NCBI GenBank assembly: GCA_027079895.1
Contig: JALWUZ010000012.1
Span: 1-31,323, forward strand
Source: Anaerolineae bacterium
Lineage (GTDB): Bacteria > Chloroflexota > Anaerolineae > B4-G1
Reading direction: 5' to 3'
Length of the DNA stretch: 31,323 bases
Shown here: one piece after another, positions 25,205-31,323 of the stretch
Layout: every line of letters begins with the position of its first letter
Position numbering within the stretch: position 1 is the stretch's first letter
The notes under the pieces: generated by a model
What the model was told of the DNA's origin: nothing
Seen by the model: only the letters and a program-made list of their open reading frames with translations
Databases searched by the model: none
Program-made: the position numbers and the translations under genes

Positions 25205-26141
25205 CCCACCTGAACTCCGGCACGGCGTCTATCTTGCCCTTCTCGTGCAAGAACTGAGCCGTGTCCTCGATAGAAGCCAACACCTGCTCGTCGAACTTCA
25301 GCGAGAAGTCCACCCGCTCGAAAATGCGCTTGAACGCATCGGCGGACACGTTTATCCCCTGCGCCGAGGCGGCTTCGGCGGCCAACTTCGCGGCCTGGTC
25401 GGGGTCGGACTCGATCATCTCCACCTTGTCAATGTGGGCCGCCAGGAAGTTCACGAGTGCCTGATGATTGTTGTTGGCGAAATCTACGGTCGTGTGGATG
25501 GACACCGGGACCAGCGCGATGTCCCCGTAACTGCGCAACACCCGCCCCACGCCCTGGGATTCGGCGATCGCCGGCGTGGGCTCCCAGGCGGTGAACGCCT
25601 CGATGCTCCCGTTCTCCAACGCGGAGATCATATCCTCGATCTTCACGTTCACCCAGTTGAAATCATCCCACGAGAGATCATCCACCTGGTCGAAGTACCG
25701 CAACAGAACCTGCTCCGCGCCGGTCCCCAAGCGCGTGCCGACGGTCTGCCCCTTCAAGTCGTACCAGGTCTGGTACGGCGAGTCCGCCCTGACGATGGTC
25801 GAGTAGCGGTCTCCCCGCTGAACCGTGCCGATGATCAACGCCCGGTCCGGCATCGCACTGAACAGGGCCACCGTCTTGCTGTCCGAACCCACGTTGACGT
25901 CAATCTCGCCGGAGATGAGGGCCTGATTGTTCTCCGTGCCGGAACTGAACAGAATGTGCTCCACGGTCAGACCGTGATCCGTCCAGAACTGCGGATGGCC
26001 CTTCAGGAGAAACTCGCCGGGGTAATACTGCCCCCCGTACCGGATCTTCATCTCCGGCGTGCTCTTGCATCCCCCCAGCAGGGAGACGCCGAGCGTCAAC
26101 AACAGAACGATAGAAACGTACCACGTGAACCTTTTGCTCAT
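25170..26141 (-). CDS. NitT/TauT (SsuA/TauA-like) ABC substrate-binding lipoprotein
   Basis: Signal peptide with lipobox LLGGC; FSSGTENNQALISGEIDV, DLKGQTVG and GSIEAFTAWEP motifs; RBS GAGGAGG. Confidence 0.88.
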   Translation of the reverse strand: MSKRFTWYVSIVLLLTLGVSLLGGCKSTPEMKIRYGGQYYPGEFLLKGHPQFWTDHGLTVEHILFSSGTENNQALISGEIDVNVGSDSKTVALFSAMPDRALIIGTVQRGDRYSTIVRADSPYQTWYDLKGQTVGTRLGTGAEQVLLRYFDQVDDLSWDDFNWVNVKIEDMISALENGSIEAFTAWEPTPAIAESQGVGRVLRSYGDIALVPVSIHTTVDFANNNHQALVNFLAAHIDKVEMIESDPDQAAKLAAEAASAQGINVSADAFKRIFERVDFSLKFDEQVLASIEDTAQFLHEKGKIDAVPEFRWDGSFLEEAQKQ

Positions 26142-26171
26142 GACCTGCCTCCTCAAGATTTAGTCGAGGCA

Positions 26172-26215
26172 ATTCTAATGGAGGCAGTCCAGGAAAGCAA
26201 ATAACGAACCTTTAT
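26172..26215 (-). promoter_or_regulatory. Promoter of the ABC operon with an abutting LysR-type box
   Basis: TTGCTT(26200-26195)-17 nt-TAGAAT(26177-26172); dyad ATAA-N7-TTAT (T-N11-A) at 26201-26215. Confidence 0.65.
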
Positions 26216-27141
26216 CGCCGCTCCGCCTCGAGCGAGCCGAGCACTTCAGCGGCGGAGCGGTGAGCGAAGTCCAGGAACGCGCGGGCCAGGTTGGACAGCG
26301 GGGTGGTGCGGCGATAGACGGCGTACAGGTGACGGTTCAACTCGACCCCTTCCACCGGCACCTCCACCAGCACGCCGCGGGCCAGTTCCTCGGCGACGCC
26401 CAGTCGGGAGATGATGGCGACCCCCAACCCGGCCCTGACGGCGGTCTTGACCGACTCTTGGAGCCCGACCTCCGCCACGATGTGCAACTCGTTGAAAGAG
26501 ATGCCGTACTCCCGCAGCGCGTCCTGCAACACCGCCGTGGCGCCGGAACCGCGCTGCTGCAAGATCAACGGCGCGTTGAGCAACTGCTTGTAGGAGACTT
26601 TCCGCGCGGCAGCCCAGGGATGACCCGGCGGCACAATCAAGACCAACCGGTCGCGCACGAAAGGCTCGAAAGTCAGGTGGCGGTCCCGTCGCGCCACTCC
26701 CACGAACCCCAGCGCAAACCGCTGCCGGAGCACGCCGTCTATCGTCTCGCTGGAGTCGCCCACGTGCAGGGCGACCTCGACTTCTTGATGTCGCTCCTTG
26801 AACCGCCCCAGGAGCAGGGGCAGCAGGTACTCGCCGGGGCCCGTGCTGGCCCCGATGGTCAGCCGGCCGGCGACGTGCCCGTGTAACTCGCGGACTCGCT
26901 GGCGGGACTGCTCGTACAGATCCACTATCTGCCGGGCCGACTCGTAGACGACGCGCCCGCTTTCGGTCGGCTGAACCTCGAACCCACCCCGATGGAGCAG
27001 TTGGACGCCGTACTCCTCTTCCAGGGATTTGATCTGCATACTGACCGCCGGCTGAGTGATACCCAGCGACTCAGCCGCGCGGGAGAAACTCCGTTGCTCC
27101 ACCACCCGGCACAGGGACTTGAACTCCTCCAAGCGAGCCAT
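26212..27141 (-). CDS. LysR family transcriptional regulator (CysL/CmpR/selenium-metabolism-associated-like)
   Basis: SFSRAAESLGITQPAVSMQIKSLE helix-turn-helix; IGASTGPGEYLLP and VKTAVRAGLGVAIIS motifs; start at ATG 27141. Confidence 0.92.
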   Translation of the reverse strand: MARLEEFKSLCRVVEQRSFSRAAESLGITQPAVSMQIKSLEEEYGVQLLHRGGFEVQPTESGRVVYESARQIVDLYEQSRQRVRELHGHVAGRLTIGASTGPGEYLLPLLLGRFKERHQEVEVALHVGDSSETIDGVLRQRFALGFVGVARRDRHLTFEPFVRDRLVLIVPPGHPWAAARKVSYKQLLNAPLILQQRGSGATAVLQDALREYGISFNELHIVAEVGLQESVKTAVRAGLGVAIISRLGVAEELARGVLVEVPVEGVELNRHLYAVYRRTTPLSNLARAFLDFAHRSAAEVLGSLEAERR

Positions 27142-27151
27142 CGCCGCCGAC

Positions 27152-27463
27152 TCACACATACTCCAGCCACGGATCGTTCTGGATGTGCGCCAACTTCCGC
27201 CCCAGATACGGCAGCCTCTCCAGCCCGTGCCACCGACGCAGCAAGTGATAAGCCGACGACGTGAGCAAGCGGCACTTGTCCACCGCCTCGCGCCATTCCG
27301 GCTTCTTGACCTCCGCCACCGTCTCCGGCAGCGGCAAAATCCCGAAATCCCAGGCAGCGCACAGCCGGACGAGGAAGTCAATCCGCTCGTCCAGGCTCTT
27401 CAACTCCGTCGGCGGCTCCACGTCGGGGTACAGAGAGCCGTCCAGCCAGTCGTTAGCGGGCAT
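27152..27463 (-). CDS. Hypothetical protein (103 aa)
   Basis: Strong RBS AGGAGGAG, globular composition, fits between MNT and LysR without overlap; no family recognised. Confidence 0.7.
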   Translation of the reverse strand: MPANDWLDGSLYPDVEPPTELKSLDERIDFLVRLCAAWDFGILPLPETVAEVKKPEWREAVDKCRLLTSSAYHLLRRWHGLERLPYLGRKLAHIQNDPWLEYV

Positions 27464-27503
27464 TCAGGAACTCCTCCTGGGACCAATTCCTGACCCTGGC
27501 GTC

Positions 27504-27866
27504 CTACGCCAGCCTCATCCCTTCCTCCAGTGCCCGGCGGATGAACAGATTGCCCTCGGACAACATCCGCCTCACCTCCTCCCTGGTGTAGGGGAAGACA
27601 TCCACCCCCACCGGCAGACCCGTCGGGAGATAGCGTGGGATGCGCTCCAGGAAAGGGCGGTCGGCCTGCGACAGAATGACCAGGAGGTCGGCGTCGCTGC
27701 ACGGCACGGCCTCGCCACGCGCCAGCGAGCCGAACAGGAGCACCTGTTCAATCTCCGGGTGACGTTGCCTCATCCGCCGCGCGGAATCCCTCAACATCTC
27801 CACCGTTTTCTGCGAGTCCAGCCAGTGTATCCTCACAGAACCGGATGATGGCTCGGTATTTCTCAA
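27504..27866 (-). CDS. Minimal nucleotidyltransferase (MNT) without HEPN partner
   Basis: VLLFGSLARGEAVPCSDADLLVIL (GSx10DxD) and PVGVDVFPYT motifs; start uncertain (TTG). Confidence 0.83.
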   Translation of the reverse strand: MRNTEPSSGSVRIHWLDSQKTVEMLRDSARRMRQRHPEIEQVLLFGSLARGEAVPCSDADLLVILSQADRPFLERIPRYLPTGLPVGVDVFPYTREEVRRMLSEGNLFIRRALEEGMRLA

Positions 27867-27867
27867 T

Positions 27868-29211
27868 CTACTCCCCGGCCCGACTTCCCGGTCTGCCCCG
27901 TCCCACGCCGCGATAGATCCACCCCGCCGCCGACACCCGCTCCGGTCGGAACACGTTCCGCCCGTCCACCAGCACCGGATGGGCGACCAGCCCCCGCAGA
28001 TACTCCAGATCCAGGTCGCGGTACTCGTCGTGGGCCACCATCACCACCAGCGCGTCGCACCCGCTCACCACCTCTGCCAGGTCGCCCTGATACTCCCGCA
28101 CCCAGGGGTCGTGGACGCACGTCGTAGCCCCCAGTTCCGCCAGCCGGTTGACCAGAATCTCGCTGGGCGAGTTGCGCGTATCGTCCGAGTTCTCCAGATA
28201 GGCGTACCCCAGCACCGCCACCCGCGCCCCCTCGATTTCCAGACTGGCCTCCTCGAGCGCCTCGACGGTCAAATCCGCCATGTGGAGCGGCATGAAGTCG
28301 TTGACCGCCCGCGCCGCCGGAATCAACCGCGCCTGCACCATCTCACTCGCGCCGTAGGCCAGCAGCCAGGGGTCTTTGGGGATGCAGTGCCCGCCCACGC
28401 CCGCGCCGGGATAGAGCACGTTCCGACCGGGGCTCTTGTTCACCAGTTCCCGCACCCGCCACACGTCGGCCCCCACCCCCTCACAAATCAGGGCCAACTC
28501 GTTGGCGAAAGCGATCTGCACGTCCCGGTAAGCGTTCTCCCCCGTCTTGACCAACTCCGCCGTCACGCAATCCGCCAGGTCCAGGTCGGCCTCGACGATG
28601 TGCCGGTAGAACGCCTGCGCCAGCCGGGCCGCCTCCGGCGTGTCCCCGCCGACGACGCGGCTCATCTGGGCCAGATTCCTCAACAACATACCCGGCATCA
28701 CCCGCTCCGGGCAATGCACCAGGTAGAAGTCGCGCCCGCTCGTCCGCTTCCCTCCGGCTTCCAGGATTGGCCGCACCAGCCGCTCCATCGTCCCCGGCGC
28801 GATGGTGGACTCGATGATCACCAACGCGCCGGGCTTCAGGTGCGGTTCCAGCGACCGCAGGGCGGCACGCAGCGCACTGTAGCGGGGCTGGTGAATGCTG
28901 TCTATCGGCGTCTCCACCGCAATCAGCACCACGTCCGCCTCGCGGCAGACGGCGTAGTCGCCCGTCGCCCGCAGCCGTCCGGCGGCCACCACCTCGGCGA
29001 CCAACTCCGCCAGCCCCGGCTCCTTCCCTTCGATTGGGCAATCCCCGCGGTTGATGATCGCCGTCTTCTCGGCGTTCACGTCCAAACCGGTCACGTCGAA
29101 CCCCACCCGGGCGAAACTGGCCGCCACCGGCAGCCCGACGTACCCCAGCCCGATGACGACCAGGCGGGCCGCGCGTTCCTCCATCCGCTTCAACAGCGTC
29201 TCGAAATCCAT
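27868..29211 (-). CDS. Nucleotide-sugar 6-dehydrogenase (WecC/WbpA-like UDP-HexNAc dehydrogenase)
   Basis: VIGLGYVGLP, HCPERV, KTGENAYRD and GAGVGGHCIPKDP motifs. Confidence 0.93.
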   Translation of the reverse strand: MDFETLLKRMEERAARLVVIGLGYVGLPVAASFARVGFDVTGLDVNAEKTAIINRGDCPIEGKEPGLAELVAEVVAAGRLRATGDYAVCREADVVLIAVETPIDSIHQPRYSALRAALRSLEPHLKPGALVIIESTIAPGTMERLVRPILEAGGKRTSGRDFYLVHCPERVMPGMLLRNLAQMSRVVGGDTPEAARLAQAFYRHIVEADLDLADCVTAELVKTGENAYRDVQIAFANELALICEGVGADVWRVRELVNKSPGRNVLYPGAGVGGHCIPKDPWLLAYGASEMVQARLIPAARAVNDFMPLHMADLTVEALEEASLEIEGARVAVLGYAYLENSDDTRNSPSEILVNRLAELGATTCVHDPWVREYQGDLAEVVSGCDALVVMVAHDEYRDLDLEYLRGLVAHPVLVDGRNVFRPERVSAAGWIYRGVGRGRPGSRAGE

Positions 29212-29214
29212 CTC

Positions 29215-30225
29215 TCACCTCTTCACGATTACTCGATGCTCGCGGCCCGACCGCACCAAATCCTGCGAAAGTTCCAGGGCCGTCAAACCGTCCTCGCCGC
29301 TCACGACGGTGGACTGCTCGCCCCGCGCTGCCGCGACCAACGCCTCCAACTCCGCCCGCAGCGGCTCCCGGCGATGCAGTCGGAGGCGAATCATCTGCCC
29401 CTCGCTCACCCCGCGCAGGATGCGCAGATTGTTCCAGTCCAGCCCGCCGGCGTCGTCGTTCTCGTAGAGATACAGGTCTTGCGTCAGCAGATTCGCCAGG
29501 AACATCCCGCGCTGTCCGGTGACGGTGATCTCCCGTATCTTGGTCGGCGTGAGCCAGTTGATGTTCAACACCCCCACGATGCCGTCCTCGAACCGGAGCA
29601 GGCCGGAGAACAGGTCTTCGTGGGCGGTGTGAATTTCCTGCTCCGTCTCGGCGTACAGCCGCACCACCTCTTTGCCCGTCAGATAGCGCATAATGTCCAG
29701 GTCGTGAGGGGCCAAATCCACCACCACTCCCACGTCCCGCACCCGCGCCGGAAACGGCCCCAGCCGCCGGGCGTGGATTTGGAAAATGCCTCCCAGTTCC
29801 CCGGCGTCCAGCCGCCGCTTCAACTCGATTACCGCCGGATTGTACCGCTCGATATGCCCTACGGCCAGCACCCGTCCCAGGGCAGCGGCCCGCGCGATCA
29901 TCTCCCGTCCCTCGTCCAGCGTGGCGGCGATCGGCTTCTCCACCAGCACGTGACAGCCGGCCTCCAGCGCGTCCAGCACCACCTGATGATGGGCCTGGGT
30001 CGGCACGGCGACTGTCACCACATCCGGCTGTACCTCCTCCAACATAGCGCGGTAGTCCCTGTACGGACGTGCGCCGCGCAGCCTGGCCGCCTCCTGCACC
30101 GCTCGCTCGGAGAGGTCGGACACGGCGGCCAGTTCGACATCCGCCATCTCCTGATACACCCGCGCGTGATTGCGTCCCATCGCTCCCACGCCAATCACGG
30201 CCGCTTTCAGCACATTGTCGCTCAT
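29215..30225 (-). CDS. Gfo/Idh/MocA oxidoreductase (WlbA/WbpB-like)
   Basis: VIGVGAMGRNH, HVLVEKPIA, VGHIERYNPA and DLAPHDLD motifs; start at ATG 30225. Confidence 0.9.
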   Translation of the reverse strand: MSDNVLKAAVIGVGAMGRNHARVYQEMADVELAAVSDLSERAVQEAARLRGARPYRDYRAMLEEVQPDVVTVAVPTQAHHQVVLDALEAGCHVLVEKPIAATLDEGREMIARAAALGRVLAVGHIERYNPAVIELKRRLDAGELGGIFQIHARRLGPFPARVRDVGVVVDLAPHDLDIMRYLTGKEVVRLYAETEQEIHTAHEDLFSGLLRFEDGIVGVLNINWLTPTKIREITVTGQRGMFLANLLTQDLYLYENDDAGGLDWNNLRILRGVSEGQMIRLRLHRREPLRAELEALVAAARGEQSTVVSGEDGLTALELSQDLVRSGREHRVIVKR

Positions 30226-30241
30226 TGTCACCTCGATTGTC

Positions 30242-30290
30242 TCAAAATTCAGCCGTTGAATTTTAGCACCGGCCACACCCCGTGTCAAGC
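30242..30290 (-). promoter_or_regulatory. Sigma70-type promoter fused to a palindromic operator (copy B)
   Basis: TTGACA(30288-30283)-17 nt-TAAAAT(30265-30260) with TGn extension; AAAATTCA-N5-TGAATTTT overlaps the -10 and the start site. Confidence 0.8.
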
Positions 30291-30317
30291 ACAGGACGCG
30301 GCGTCCACTGACGAGGG

Positions 30318-31322
30318 TCAGAGATAGCGCACCCGCTCGTAACCACGCCGGGCCGCGCCCAGGGGGGCGGTAGCGTCCAGCCCCATCTTGGCCGTGCGCG
30401 ATTTCTGCCCCGGCACCTGCCGCGCCGACGGGTCGAGGCTGCTGCCGGGCCGGTCGGGGAAGAGCAGCAGGTCACGGTCGGCCTGGAAGCGGGTAGCGAT
30501 CGCCCACTCCACGTCCTGGCTGTCGTAGATGTCCACGTCGCCGTCCACCACCACCACGTGCTTGAGCGAGGAGTGCCCCCGAAAGGCGGCCTCGATCGCC
30601 CGGCGACCGTCCGCGGCGTCCCGCTTCTCGATTTGCACGACGGCGTGCAGCCACGAGCCCCCGCCCGGCGTGATGTAAACCCCCGTGCAGCGGCAGACCT
30701 GGGAGACGGCGGCGAAGATAGTCGGCTCGCGGGGCATGCCCATCAGATTCTTGTGCTCCAGGCCGCCGGGCAGCAGGGCGTGGAAGAGCGGGTCGCGGCG
30801 GTGGGTGATGCGTTCGATCTCGATTACCGGCTGGCGGCGCACCTTGTCCAGCGTTCCCGTCAGGTCGGGGAAGGGGCCCTCATCCGCCAGCGTGTGGGTG
30901 ATGCGTCCCTCCAGCACCAACTCCGCCTCCGCCGGGACCGCCAGGCCGTTGGCGCAGCGCGTCAGCGTGAAAGGGGCGAGCGCGTTGGCGATGCCCATCT
31001 CGTCCACGCCGGGCGGGGGGCTCATCGCCGCCGCCAGCAGCACCTGAATGGGGTTGCCGATGGCGATGGCGACCGGCAAATCCCCGGCGACCTTGCGCCA
31101 GGCGGTGTGCGTCCCGCGCCCCTCGACGAGCCGGGCGGCGAAGTGACGTTCGTCCAGCACCAGCAGGCGGTGGAAGGCGACGTTCCGGCCCAGGTCGGGG
31201 TCCTCGACGACGGCAATACCGGCGGTGACGTACCGCCCGCCGTCGCGGGGATGGTAGCGGGGGATTGGCAAGCGGGTCAAGTCAACCGCGGCCTCCACCT
31301 CCCGACATGGGCCGGAATCCGA
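30318..31322 (-). CDS. UbiD family prFMN-dependent decarboxylase, archaeal-type; 5'-truncated by the window edge
   Basis: GPCREV..VDLTRLPIP, GRYVTAG, EGPFPDLTG, SLKHVVVVDGDVDI and VEWAIATRFQ motifs; the frame stays open to the end of the window. Confidence 0.9.
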   Translation of the reverse strand, partial: SDSGPCREVEAAVDLTRLPIPRYHPRDGGRYVTAGIAVVEDPDLGRNVAFHRLLVLDERHFAARLVEGRGTHTAWRKVAGDLPVAIAIGNPIQVLLAAAMSPPPGVDEMGIANALAPFTLTRCANGLAVPAEAELVLEGRITHTLADEGPFPDLTGTLDKVRRQPVIEIERITHRRDPLFHALLPGGLEHKNLMGMPREPTIFAAVSQVCRCTGVYITPGGGSWLHAVVQIEKRDAADGRRAIEAAFRGHSSLKHVVVVDGDVDIYDSQDVEWAIATRFQADRDLLLFPDRPGSSLDPSARQVPGQKSRTAKMGLDATAPLGAARRGYERVRYL

Positions 31323-31323
31323 C

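Noticed and set aside
26212-27141. Selenoprotein system implied by similarity to selenium-metabolism-associated LysR regulators
   Set aside because: No in-frame TGA read-through candidate or sel gene is visible in the window; the hydroxylase subunits are complete without recoding
27979-30327. Long antisense ORFs (782 aa here; also 22650-24464, 24564-26204, 14095-15396, 2067-3344, 5212-6345)
   Set aside because: Shadow ORFs expected opposite real genes in high-GC DNA; no recognisable motifs
1-31323. tRNA, rRNA or known riboswitch
   Set aside because: None recognisable; intergenic gaps are short and explained by promoters, a terminator and repeats. An Rfam/tRNAscan search would be needed to exclude small RNAs in 13864-14016.

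Overview
GC-rich bacterial window, probably Chloroflexota/Anaerolineae-like (inferred from protein style and gene content, not from a marker gene). The plus-strand block (1-9477) holds a 5'-truncated CCA/A-adding tRNA nucleotidyltransferase with nested GTAG-type palindromic repeats in its open frame and two YtfJ/GerW-like genes. It continues with a xanthine-dehydrogenase-family molybdenum hydroxylase operon split by an ABC-ATPase + DUF4276-like pair, then a thioesterase and a dihydropyrimidinase. The minus-strand block (9555-31323) is a surface-glycan locus: three GT4s, WbqC, sulfotransferase, PIG-L deacetylase, AsnB amidotransferase, Wzx, ATP-grasp ligase, nucleotide-sugar dehydrogenase and Gfo/Idh/MocA oxidoreductase. 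It is interleaved with four MNT genes, two HEPN genes, hicB-hicA and a LysR + NitT/TauT ABC importer module, and ends in a truncated archaeal-type UbiD decarboxylase. Main non-annotated structure: two toxin-antitoxin cassettes are each bracketed by long near-perfect direct repeats of host sequence (41 bp and 90 bp), with no integrase or transposase in view. One promoter/operator module (TTGACA...TGnTAAAAT fused to AAAATTCA-N5-TGAATTTT) occurs twice, 8.6 kb apart, upstream of the TA cluster and of the nucleotide-sugar genes. No rRNA, tRNA or CRISPR array was recognised.
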